Notes under the pieces: generated by a model
Database searches by the model: none
What the model saw: only the letters and a program-made list of their open reading frames with translations
What the model was told of the DNA's origin: nothing
Shown here: positions 44,734 through 53,554 of the stretch, one piece after another
How the letters are laid out: every line of letters begins with the position of its first letter
Numbering within the stretch: the first letter of the stretch is position 1
Assembly (NCBI GenBank): GCA_014379925.1
Contig: JACMKY010000006.1
Span: forward strand, 1 to 54,018
Direction: 5' to 3'
Source: Cytophagales bacterium
Lineage (GTDB): Bacteria; Bacteroidota; Bacteroidia; Cytophagales; ES-bin-26
Length of the DNA stretch: 54,018 bases
Program-made: the position numbers and the translations under genes

Positions 44734-47700
44734 TCATCTCTGGAAGCGAATCCAATCCAGCACCCCCAACTGGCCGTCGGGAACCTCCGTCTTCACGAAC
44801 ACAAAATAGAGATCGTGTCTGCTACCCGGGTCCTCAATCGGGGTACTCAGTTCGGCAAACGTGTTTCGGTCACCGGTAGCGGCGTAATCTAAGGTGCTGA
44901 TGACCACGCCCTTCGGTGAGTCCACGCGCACTTCGAGGGTGGCACCGTGGTCTTTGGAAGCGTAGCGGTACGTAAGCTGGCGGATGCCCTTTAAGTCCAC
45001 ATTCTTGAACACGAAGTGGGACCGGTGCCGAAGGTTGCCCAACCGCTGCCGCTGCTTGCCAACGTTGTACAGCACATCGGCTTCTTCCGCTTCTACCTGG
45101 GCCGACCGCAACACCAGCGCATCACCGCTGGTCAACGGCGTAATGGCTCCCCCTTGGTCGGTGTAGGAAGCCGTCAGCACGTACCGGCCCGGTTCGTCTT
45201 TACCGACGTGTTCCTTCAATGCCGCCTGTCCCCGGACTGGCAGCCGGGCGTCGGGTTGCTGATTGGCCAGCGAAAGCACGTAGTTGACGATTTCAGTGGC
45301 TTCCTCCTTGGAAAGCTGCGGGTGCGCATTCATCGCGTGATCGCCCCACACCCCACCCCCGCCGGTAATGACTTTGTTGGCCAGACGGGCCGGGGCGTTC
45401 TTGTCACCCCGGTACCGCTTTGACACCTCCACGAACGACGGCCCCACCGATTTTTTGTTGGTCTGGTGACAAGCCTTGCAATCGCTGGCCGCCATGAGGG
45501 TTTTGCCCAGGTTAAAAGAACCGGTGAGTTGCTGGTGCCCGGTGAGTGGCTCACTGTTGGCCAGTTTGGGAATGTAGTTCAGCGTGACCCGCACCTTCTT
45601 CGGATCAATCACCCGGTCCTCGTTGTCCTTCACCTCCACCGCGTAGTCCAGCGGCGCACCATCGAAAAAGAACGTGCCGTTGCCGGTCGTTTTGATGGCC
45701 ACCTGCGGCAGGGTGTTGCCCACCTTGATTTCCAGCGTGTCCGTGTCGCTCTTGCCCGACGGGTCGGTTACTTTCAAAATGCTCCGGTAAACGCCGTTTT
45801 TCTCGAAGGTATGCGTAGGGTTGGGATCGGTGGAAGCCACTTGTCCCTCAAAACGCCATTCGTAGGTCAACTTGTCATCCTCGTCAAAGTCGTAGCTTCG
45901 GCGGCTGCTGAAGGCAACCTTCAACGGCGCCAGGCCAATGGTGTCCCGGGCCGTCACTTCGGCGACGGGCGCTCGGTTGCCCGGGTTGAAGTCAATCCGC
46001 ACCAGCCGGGCATCCTCGTTGTCGATGCCGTACACCGAACCGTATTCGAGCATGTAAAAAGCACCTTCCGGCCCGATCTCTAAGTCAATCGGGCGCCGGA
46101 AGTCACCCCGCGTGGGCATGAACGGCTCCAGACGCCGGAAATTCTGGTTTTCGTCCAACCGCACGGCGTACACCCAGTTGCGCATCCAGTCGTAGACGAA
46201 CAGCGCCTTGTCGTAGTAGGCCGGCAGTTTCACCCCCGACGCCAGGTTCGGGTCGTAGTGGTACACCGGACCCGCCAGGGCGCTGCGGCCACCGATACCC
46301 AACTCGGGAAATTCGTCGGATTTGTTGTAAGGATACCAGACCATCGGTTTCCGGGCCGCCGGCAGCGTTTTCGCCCCCGTGTTGTTCGGGGAAGGATTAA
46401 CGGGCACCTGGGCATCGAACAACGCACCGACTGCCTTGCTGTCGAAGTCGTATTCGTGGTAGGCTTTGTTGTCGCCCACGAAGAAGGGCCACCCGTGGTT
46501 GCCCGGCTGCTTGGCCTGGTTAAACTCATCGTAGCCGCGCGGTCCCTGCGGACCGTCCGTGCCCGAATCGGGGCCGATTTCGCCCCAGTACACGATTGAA
46601 GTGGCCGGATCTACCGAGATCCGGTAGGGATTGCGGCAACCCATCGCGTAGATTTCCGGACGCGTGCCCGCCGTGCCCTGCGCAAACAGGTTGCCTGCGG
46701 GAACGGTATACGTACCATCGGCTTCCGGGTGGATGCGGAGGATCTTGCCGCGCAGGTCGTTGGGATTGCCCGCCGAACGCTGGGCGTCGAAGGTGAGTCG
46801 TCCGGGGCGGTCGTCAATGGGCGCGAAGCCACTCGACTCGAAGGGAACAGTGTTGTCGCCGGTTGAGATGTAGAGGTTCCCGTTCTTGTCCCAGGCCAAC
46901 GAGCCGCCGGTGTGGGCGCTCACTTCCAGATCGATGGGCACTTGGAGGATCACTTTTTCCGATTCCAGGTCCAGGAAACCGTCTTCGCCCACCCGGAACC
47001 GGGAAATGTTCTGGTGGTGCTGTTCGCCCGTGGCCGCGGTGTAGAAGAAATACAGGTAGTGGTTTTGGCTGAAGTTGGGATCGATGGTCATGCCCAGCAA
47101 CCCGTTCAGGTATTTCTCCACGGCTTTCACCGGGAAGTCGCGCAGGAGGCGGGTCTTTTTGGAAGCCGGGTCGTAGACGTAGAACTTACCGGCCCGCTCC
47201 ACGAAAAACACCCGTCCGTCCGGCGCGACGGCCAATTCCATCGGCTCGTTCAGGTCGTTCGAAAGGACGGTCTTGACAAAGCGATTCTCTTCCGGGGTCT
47301 GGACCGCGTAGGCTTTGGAATAATCCAGGTCGGGGTTCGAACCGATGGCGTACTGGATTCCCCCCAATAAGTGCTTCAGAAAGTGGGGCTCACGGTAGCT
47401 TTCGTCGGTGTGTCCGCCCCCAGTGTAGAAAGCCCGGCCGCCGTCCACTGCGTGGTACCAGGCGATGGGGTGGTTGTCGCCGTTTTTGCCGCCTTCGTAG
47501 GTGGTCTCGTCGAGTTTGGCCAACACGGTCACGGCGGGGTTGATGTTTTTGTAATCGTACCATTCATCGGTGCGTTCCCAGCGGGCGGGCAAACCCTTTA
47601 CCGACGGGTGAAGGGTATCCACCACGTCGATGGTCGCCCGGCGGACGTTGGGATTGCCGGGGTGGCTGGCAAAATAAGCGCCGACGAGCCGGTTGTACCA

Positions 47701-48129
47701 GGGCCAGTTATACTCCGTATCGGCGGCAGCGTGAATGCCCACGAAGCCGCCACCGGCCTGGATGTAGCGTTCAAAGGCCACCTGCTGGTCGGGATTCAGC
47801 ACGTTCTGGGTGGTACTCAGGAAAACCACCGCCCGGTATTTCCGGAGGCTGTCTTCCGCGAAGTAAGCGGCATTTTTGGTCGTATCCACTTCGAAACCGT
47901 TTTCCCGGCCAAGGGCCTGAACGGCCGCCAGGCCACTCGGAATGGAGGCGTGGTAAAACCCTTTGGTTCGGGAAAAGACCAGGATCCGCGGCAGTTTTGC
48001 GGTCGCGGCAACCGGCTCCGGCGGACGGGTAACGATCGGCGTGGTCTTGCAAGCGTAGAAACTGCTCGCCGCCGAAACGGCCAGTAGTAGGGCAACCCCG
48101 ATTTTCTTTGGATACGTCGTCATGAACAT
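44734..48129 (-). CDS. multidomain secreted protein: ThuA-like + PQQ-dependent sugar dehydrogenase beta-propeller + PKD + cytochrome c + C-terminal carbohydrate-binding module
   Basis: 1131 aa. ThuA region (ILVFSRTKGFYHASI...GGGFVGIHAA), GSDH-like propeller (EPMELAVAPDGRVFFVERAGK), PKD (LTYEWRFEG...ILKVTDPSGKSD), haem motif CKACH, and a CBM6-like tail ending LDWIRFQR. Confidence 0.88.
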   Translation of the reverse strand: MFMTTYPKKIGVALLLAVSAASSFYACKTTPIVTRPPEPVAATAKLPRILVFSRTKGFYHASIPSGLAAVQALGRENGFEVDTTKNAAYFAEDSLRKYRAVVFLSTTQNVLNPDQQVAFERYIQAGGGFVGIHAAADTEYNWPWYNRLVGAYFASHPGNPNVRRATIDVVDTLHPSVKGLPARWERTDEWYDYKNINPAVTVLAKLDETTYEGGKNGDNHPIAWYHAVDGGRAFYTGGGHTDESYREPHFLKHLLGGIQYAIGSNPDLDYSKAYAVQTPEENRFVKTVLSNDLNEPMELAVAPDGRVFFVERAGKFYVYDPASKKTRLLRDFPVKAVEKYLNGLLGMTIDPNFSQNHYLYFFYTAATGEQHHQNISRFRVGEDGFLDLESEKVILQVPIDLEVSAHTGGSLAWDKNGNLYISTGDNTVPFESSGFAPIDDRPGRLTFDAQRSAGNPNDLRGKILRIHPEADGTYTVPAGNLFAQGTAGTRPEIYAMGCRNPYRISVDPATSIVYWGEIGPDSGTDGPQGPRGYDEFNQAKQPGNHGWPFFVGDNKAYHEYDFDSKAVGALFDAQVPVNPSPNNTGAKTLPAARKPMVWYPYNKSDEFPELGIGGRSALAGPVYHYDPNLASGVKLPAYYDKALFVYDWMRNWVYAVRLDENQNFRRLEPFMPTRGDFRRPIDLEIGPEGAFYMLEYGSVYGIDNEDARLVRIDFNPGNRAPVAEVTARDTIGLAPLKVAFSSRRSYDFDEDDKLTYEWRFEGQVASTDPNPTHTFEKNGVYRSILKVTDPSGKSDTDTLEIKVGNTLPQVAIKTTGNGTFFFDGAPLDYAVEVKDNEDRVIDPKKVRVTLNYIPKLANSEPLTGHQQLTGSFNLGKTLMAASDCKACHQTNKKSVGPSFVEVSKRYRGDKNAPARLANKVITGGGGVWGDHAMNAHPQLSKEEATEIVNYVLSLANQQPDARLPVRGQAALKEHVGKDEPGRYVLTASYTDQGGAITPLTSGDALVLRSAQVEAEEADVLYNVGKQRQRLGNLRHRSHFVFKNVDLKGIRQLTYRYASKDHGATLEVRVDSPKGVVISTLDYAATGDRNTFAELSTPIEDPGSRHDLYFVFVKTEVPDGQLGVLDWIRFQR

Positions 48130-48364
48130 AGGTGTTTTAAGCGGTAGTACGGGACGTTATTTGGTGATTGAAGGTGAAAGGTTGCATCAGTATCCAACGG
48201 TCATCATTGAGTACTCAGCAAATAAGTTATTGTTTTTGGCCCGCTAATATTTTTCTAGCTACGCAATCGAATTTCATTTTGGTGTGAGGGAAAATTTATT
48301 GGTATTATGAAAAATCTACTTGAAGATTCATGAGAAACGGATTTGTCTTTGTACGAAAAACGGG

Positions 48365-49738
48365 TTAAAAGGGGCGATGCGACGGGAATGCCGCACTACT
48401 TTTTTTGTTCGCTGCCCCGATCACCCGGGCGGTTTTTCCTTCGACTTTTTGAAGTACCCACTTGCCTACTTGCAATCCTTGTTGCCGGCCGTTGTCAATG
48501 GCATCCGTGAAATGAATTCCCCCGTAGAAACGGGACACGCCCGCTTCCACGGCCGCCTGCTGGAAGGACCCGAAACGGCGGGACGCCAGGCCATACCGTT
48601 CCTCCACCGTGTCGGTATACGGGAAGTGATCCCCGAAATAATGGGTCAGTATCACGGCGGAGGCCGAAGAAATGGTGGAATGTCCGCTCAGGTATTCCGG
48701 GAAGGGAGGCGTCTGCAGGAATGGCTTCCAGGAAGGATCGATGTACTTTCGAATGGCCGTTTCCGGACGGATGCGGTTGCTGCGGAACTTCTCGTCCCAG
48801 CAGCAAATAAACGCGTCCATTAACCCGATGGCCACGACAGTGTGGATCTTCATTGCTTCCGAAAAGCTGGTTTTCGCTTGTTGGCAGGCAATCCCGGTGA
48901 TGCCCATCCAGTGCGCACCGGGGGAAATCTTTTTCGTGCTCACCGACAGGTGACTGCCGCTCCCCAGCGCAAAGGGATTGCAGTCCCAGAAAGCCGCGAT
49001 CGTACGGTGCTCCTCCGACAAACGCTGCGCGTAACACTGCACCAGGAGTTGGTAAAAGGCGGACTTTTTATTTTTTGAAAAAGCCACGGGTGGGGCTGGC
49101 TTGAACTGAGCGCACGAATCCAGCGTGAACGCACGAACCGTGTTGAAGTACGGCTCTACCGGAGCGAAATACCCCGGCGGGGTCGGGTACCAGCTTCCTT
49201 CCCGGTTCAGCGGCGTGTAGCGGGGGTAGTTGCTGATTCGGTTGTACCGGTCGGCCTTGGCGTAGGCCAGGATCTGTTTGCTCACCGCCAGTGCGTAGGC
49301 CCGGGAATAGGCAATGACCGCTTCGGAATAGCCATTTTTCCGGCAGGAATCCAGCCACTGCTGCTGGTATTCTTCCAGCAATTTGCCCGAAGGCTGCAGT
49401 TTGCTGGCCGTTTCCAGCATCGCCAACACGGCGCTCATTGGGTAGGAATAACCGATCACCTCTTTCGGCCTTTCGACGGCGGGATACCCGTTCAGGATCC
49501 CCCGCGGGCGTGGATAGGCCCGGTTGTGCTGGGCCACTACCTCGTAGCCGGCCAGGCAAGCGTAGGAAAAAAACCGGGCCGCCAGGGGCGGGTTGGTTAC
49601 GTCGTGCACCATGATCTCGGTCATGCGGGCGATGACCTGGCTGATCTCCCGGCTGCCCAGTGGGGGAGGCGGTGGCTCCGAATGCCGTCCGCACCCGCCA
49701 ACCGCCGCGAAAAGAACGAGGATGAATGCGGTTCTCAT
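48365..49738 (-). CDS. PAP2-superfamily / vanadium-dependent haloperoxidase-like protein (lipoprotein)
   Basis: ORF track gives 48365..49918. ATG at 49736-49738 gives MRTAFILVLFAAVGGC (lipobox) and an ATGA overlap with the upstream stop. C-terminal PEYLSGHSTISSA...SRFYGGIHFTDA is the acid-phosphatase/haloperoxidase signature. Confidence 0.85.
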   Translation of the reverse strand: MRTAFILVLFAAVGGCGRHSEPPPPPLGSREISQVIARMTEIMVHDVTNPPLAARFFSYACLAGYEVVAQHNRAYPRPRGILNGYPAVERPKEVIGYSYPMSAVLAMLETASKLQPSGKLLEEYQQQWLDSCRKNGYSEAVIAYSRAYALAVSKQILAYAKADRYNRISNYPRYTPLNREGSWYPTPPGYFAPVEPYFNTVRAFTLDSCAQFKPAPPVAFSKNKKSAFYQLLVQCYAQRLSEEHRTIAAFWDCNPFALGSGSHLSVSTKKISPGAHWMGITGIACQQAKTSFSEAMKIHTVVAIGLMDAFICCWDEKFRSNRIRPETAIRKYIDPSWKPFLQTPPFPEYLSGHSTISSASAVILTHYFGDHFPYTDTVEERYGLASRRFGSFQQAAVEAGVSRFYGGIHFTDAIDNGRQQGLQVGKWVLQKVEGKTARVIGAANKKSSAAFPSHRPF

Positions 49739-52700
49739 GGCTTTTTCACCCGGTACGCCTGGATGGCTTGTTGGTTGGTACCGAACAGCCAGGTATGGTT
49801 GATGGCCAGCAAACTTCGGACATCGCCCCGCAAGTGAAAGCCCGACTCGCTCGGCGGAACGTAGGTGAAATGCCCCTTCCCGTCGCCCTTCAACAACTGA
49901 CCGTAGCTGGCATCGCACTTGCCGAAACGCAGGCGGGCCTGGTTGACGTTGCCACCCAACAGCAGGTCCTGGTGGCCATCCCCGTCGTAATCGAGGGAAG
50001 CCAGGGCGTACACCGGGGAGAACTGGACTTCCACGGGCAGCGTCTTTTCCCGGAACTTCCCTTTCGCCCCCCTTTCGAAATAGGCGGTCCGCAGGTAATT
50101 GGCCCGCAGCCGCCCGGCTCCCCGCAATTCTTCCGGGGTGAAAATGTCGGTCAGCGTGGCATCGGCGTAGCTTTTGTAATCCGGGAAACGGGTGCGCATC
50201 ATACTTACCTGGTCCAACAACTCATCACGGGTCACGTACGGATAGCTTTTGCCCTGGATGTAAAAGCACAGGATGGGGTCGACCGAACCGTTGTCGTCGA
50301 AATCCTTGTAAACCATTTCTGCCGGCTCCCGTTCACTGACTTTGCACTGGGAATTCAGGCCGAAATTGCCCACTGTCAGATCAGCCCTCCCGTCGCCGTT
50401 CCAGTCACCGACCAGGATCTTGTTCCAGAAACCCCGGTATTCCCGCTCGAAGTATTCCCCGGTTTGGTCGGTCAGTTTTCCGTTGGCGTTCACGAACACA
50501 GTGACCGGCATCCACTCCCCCACCAGGATCAGGTCCGGCTCCGCGTCTCCGTTCACGTCCAGCCAGGCCGCGTCGGTGACCAGGCCAATCTTCGCCAGGG
50601 CCGGGGCCAGGGTGGCAGTCGCGTCCCGAAAATGCCCCTTTCCGTCGTTGATCAGCAGGTAGCTGGTGGGGATTTCGGGGTAACGGCCGGGAACTACCCG
50701 GCCGCCCACGAATAGGTCCGGATGCCCGTCGCCGTTCACGTCGGCTACCCGGACGCAACCCTTGCTGGTCCGCATCGGTGGCAGGGCGTCGGTGCTTTTG
50801 ATAAAGCTGCCCTTGCCGTCGTTGAGGTAAAGCCGATCCTGAAGCAGCGGGTCGTCGGGCAGGTAAGTATGATAGCCCCCGCTGGCCACGTACAAGTCCT
50901 GAAATCCGTTGCCGTCGGCATCCAGCCACGCGGCATCCACGTCGTCGCTGCCCCGGTCGGCTTCGAAGGCGGGTACGGCTTGGGCAGCGAAACGGCCGTT
51001 TTTCCGCTGCAGGTACAAGGCGCCGGGCTGGTCCTTGCCGCCCCCGGCGTAGACGTCTTCCAGGCCGTCGCCGTTCGCATCCCCTTTCACCAGGCAGGGT
51101 CCCGAGAAAGACAACGGGTTGGGCAGCAAGGGCTGGCGTTTGAAGTCGTTCACGGGCGCAGCCCGGTGGCGGAAGGCGATGGGGGAGGCGACTTCCTCGA
51201 AGGTAGCGGGGGCTGATGGGGGGATGCGGTAGGTGGATGTTGCGTCCGCTTCCCGCAGGGTCAGGAGCCGATCGGTGGGAAGGGCCCGGAGAATTTGTTG
51301 CCGACCGCTTTGCCAGACGATGCGCAGGGAGTCCAGCGACTTTTCTCCCCCCAGCCCGAAGTGCAGAATGGGTGACACGCTCGACTGGTAACCCCGCGTG
51401 GGCATCTGTTCCAGGTACTGCCGTTGGCCTTTGACGTAAACGGTAACGTTGGCTCCCAAGCCCGCCGTGTTCTTCGCGGCACCTGCCAGTTTTATCCGCA
51501 GGTAATGATGTTGAAGTTGGTGATCGGTTTCGTTCCGGTAAATGGAAGCCGGCTGGTTGATGTTGTTGACCACCAGGTCCAGGTCCCCGTCGTTGTCCAG
51601 GTCCGCGTAGGCGGCTCCGTTGCTGTTGGCGGCCTGATCGACGCCCCACTGGGCGCTCACGTTGGCAAAGGTCAGGTCACCGTTGTTTTTGTAAAGGTAG
51701 TCGCCCACGTTGGAGGCGGGCATTTGGTGCACCAGTTCCAGCGCGTCGTTGCGCACCATCCGGCCTCCCTTCTGCTGGACAAAATCGCCCATGTACTTAA
51801 TGAAATCCATGTTGGTATAATCCCGCAGGTACCCGTTGGTCACGAACAGGTCCTTCCAGCCGTCGTTGTCGTAATCGGCAAACAACGGAGCCCAACTCCA
51901 ATCGGTATTCGAGAGCCCCGCTGCTTGTCCCACCTCACTGAAGCTGACTCCCCTCGTTTCCCCCTTCTCAAGGGGGGAAGGTAAGGAACTCTCTTTCCCC
52001 GGGAGGAGGGAGAATGATGCCCCGCTACTTCCCGCCCCGCTACCCCCTCTTGAGAAGGGGGGGCCAGAGGGGGTCCCGTTGTTGAGGTGCAGCATGTTGC
52101 GCATGTATTGGTAGTGAAAGCCGACCCGGAGGTTGAGGTCGAAGGATTCGTAGTTGTCGGGGGCGAACAACAATTTTTGCCGGTGATTGTCTTCCGGCAG
52201 CATATCGAGGGTGAAGATGTCGGGCCGGCCGTCGTTGTTAACGTCCGCGATGTCGTTGCCCATCGAAAAGTGCGAGGTGTGTCCCACGCTCGATTGCAGT
52301 TGGTTGGTGAAGGTAGGTCCGTTCGTGCGCCCGCCGTTGCGCCCATTGCCGTTGTTGATGTACAGGTAATCGGGAATGGTGTAGTCGTTGGAAACGTAGA
52401 GGTCCGGCCAGCCGTCGCCGTTGAGGTCGGCGATGCCCACCCCGAGTCCGTACGTGAGCGCCGAACTGTGCAAGCCGGCCCGCTCGGTAACGTCTTCAAA
52501 ATGCGGAGTCCCGTCGGGACCCGGGTTGTTTCTAAACAACCGGACGCCGTTCTGGGGGTTGGGTTGCTTGAGTACTTCGACCGTGGAAACGTCGTCGAGG
52601 ACGGGGAGGGGGTCCGGACTGTGGTTCAGCAGAAACGCGTCCAGGTCACCGTCCCGGTCGTAATCGAAGAAGGCAGCCTGGGTACTGGTGGAAGGAATGG

Positions 52701-53259
52701 CCAGTCCGTACTGCCCGGCCCGTTCCTCGAAACGGGGAATGCCCTGGTCATCGGTTCCCTGGTTGACGAACAATTGCTTGGTCCTTTTTTCCGGCGGCAG
52801 TTTTCCGGAATAGCACACGTAGATGTCCAGCCGGCCGTCGCCGTCCACGTCAGCCATCGTCACGCCCGTTTTCCAGGGCCCTTCCCGTCCCGATACCCCC
52901 GCCGCCGCCGTAACGTCTTCGAACCGCATGTTTCCCCGGTTCAGGTAGAGCCGATTGGCGACCATGTTGCCGGTGAAATAAACGTCTTCCAACCCGTCTC
53001 CGTTCACGTCGCCCACTGCTACTCCACCACCGTTGTAAAAGTACTCGTACATCAATACGTTGGTATTCAGTCCTTCGGTTAGCAGGTTGTTGAAATCGAC
53101 GCGGGTTTTTTCCGGGGGCAACAACGTAAAAAGAGGTGTGGCTCGTACGGGGGGAGCGCTTGCCTCCTCCGGGGAAGATTGGCAACCCGCCATCACCATC
53201 ATCCCTGCCACCCACCCCGTCCACCAGGCGCGGGGCGGGCCAATCTTCAACAAATTCAA
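49735..53259 (-). CDS. CRTAC1-family VCBS/FG-GAP repeat protein with ASPIC/UnbV domains
   Basis: 1174 aa. Many FG-GAP/VCBS repeats (GDVNGDGLEDVY, ADVDGDGRLDIY, DYDRDGDLD, DLNGDGWPDLY and others) and two UnbV/ASPIC-like regions (GANVTVYVKGQRQYLE...). Commonly found next to SusC/SusD pairs. Confidence 0.9.
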   Translation of the reverse strand: MNLLKIGPPRAWWTGWVAGMMVMAGCQSSPEEASAPPVRATPLFTLLPPEKTRVDFNNLLTEGLNTNVLMYEYFYNGGGVAVGDVNGDGLEDVYFTGNMVANRLYLNRGNMRFEDVTAAAGVSGREGPWKTGVTMADVDGDGRLDIYVCYSGKLPPEKRTKQLFVNQGTDDQGIPRFEERAGQYGLAIPSTSTQAAFFDYDRDGDLDAFLLNHSPDPLPVLDDVSTVEVLKQPNPQNGVRLFRNNPGPDGTPHFEDVTERAGLHSSALTYGLGVGIADLNGDGWPDLYVSNDYTIPDYLYINNGNGRNGGRTNGPTFTNQLQSSVGHTSHFSMGNDIADVNNDGRPDIFTLDMLPEDNHRQKLLFAPDNYESFDLNLRVGFHYQYMRNMLHLNNGTPSGPPFSRGGSGAGSSGASFSLLPGKESSLPSPLEKGETRGVSFSEVGQAAGLSNTDWSWAPLFADYDNDGWKDLFVTNGYLRDYTNMDFIKYMGDFVQQKGGRMVRNDALELVHQMPASNVGDYLYKNNGDLTFANVSAQWGVDQAANSNGAAYADLDNDGDLDLVVNNINQPASIYRNETDHQLQHHYLRIKLAGAAKNTAGLGANVTVYVKGQRQYLEQMPTRGYQSSVSPILHFGLGGEKSLDSLRIVWQSGRQQILRALPTDRLLTLREADATSTYRIPPSAPATFEEVASPIAFRHRAAPVNDFKRQPLLPNPLSFSGPCLVKGDANGDGLEDVYAGGGKDQPGALYLQRKNGRFAAQAVPAFEADRGSDDVDAAWLDADGNGFQDLYVASGGYHTYLPDDPLLQDRLYLNDGKGSFIKSTDALPPMRTSKGCVRVADVNGDGHPDLFVGGRVVPGRYPEIPTSYLLINDGKGHFRDATATLAPALAKIGLVTDAAWLDVNGDAEPDLILVGEWMPVTVFVNANGKLTDQTGEYFEREYRGFWNKILVGDWNGDGRADLTVGNFGLNSQCKVSEREPAEMVYKDFDDNGSVDPILCFYIQGKSYPYVTRDELLDQVSMMRTRFPDYKSYADATLTDIFTPEELRGAGRLRANYLRTAYFERGAKGKFREKTLPVEVQFSPVYALASLDYDGDGHQDLLLGGNVNQARLRFGKCDASYGQLLKGDGKGHFTYVPPSESGFHLRGDVRSLLAINHTWLFGTNQQAIQAYRVKKP
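51946..52075. repeat. about 130-bp palindromic (MITE/RPE-like) element inserted in frame within the CRTAC1/VCBS gene
   Basis: Terminal inverted repeats GACTCCCCTCGTTTCCCCCTTCTCAAGGGGGG (51946-51977) and CCCCCTCTTGAGAAGGGGGGGCCAGAGGGGGTC (52043-52075), about 26/33 complementary with a 13-nt perfect core CCCCCTTCTCAAG. Encodes the low-complexity peptide PSGPPFSRGGSGAGSSGASFSLLPGKESSLPSPLEKGETRGVS. Confidence 0.5.
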
Positions 53260-53406
53260 CGTCAGTGGTTTTAGTTTTACTTTGTTGGATTGAATTCAAA
53301 CACTGGTGATACTGGCTATCGCTCAGAATGACAGGGTTAAAAACGTCGATCTCAACTATCTGATTCTAATCTAACAAAGTAGCGTTAGTTGGTTCAGAAA
53401 GCAAAA

Positions 53407-53440
53407 GTCTACGCCAGTAGCTTACCCTACTGGCGTAGAC
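53407..53440 (-). terminator. rho-independent (bidirectional-looking) terminator after susD-like gene
   Basis: 14-bp perfect stem GTCTACGCCAGTAG/CTACTGGCGTAGAC with a 6-nt loop. On the minus strand it is followed by CTTTTGCTTTCT, and on the plus strand by TTTCAATTT. Confidence 0.8.
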
Positions 53441-53470
53441 TTTCAATTTACTCAAAAAACGGAACATCAA

Positions 53471-53554
53471 TAACCGGGATTCTGCACCAGTTTATCATTC
53501 CGTTCAATTCGTGTAACCGGGATTCTGTACCAGTTTGTTGTTCCGGTTCACTTC
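53471..53554 (-). repeat. tandem duplication (about 43-bp period) of the susD-like 3' end spanning its stop codon
   Basis: 53471-53510 versus 53514-53554: about 35 of 41 aligned positions match, with a 1-nt indel. The downstream copy still encodes NDKLVQNPGY*; the in-gene copy encodes NNKLVQNPGYTN*. Confidence 0.8.
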
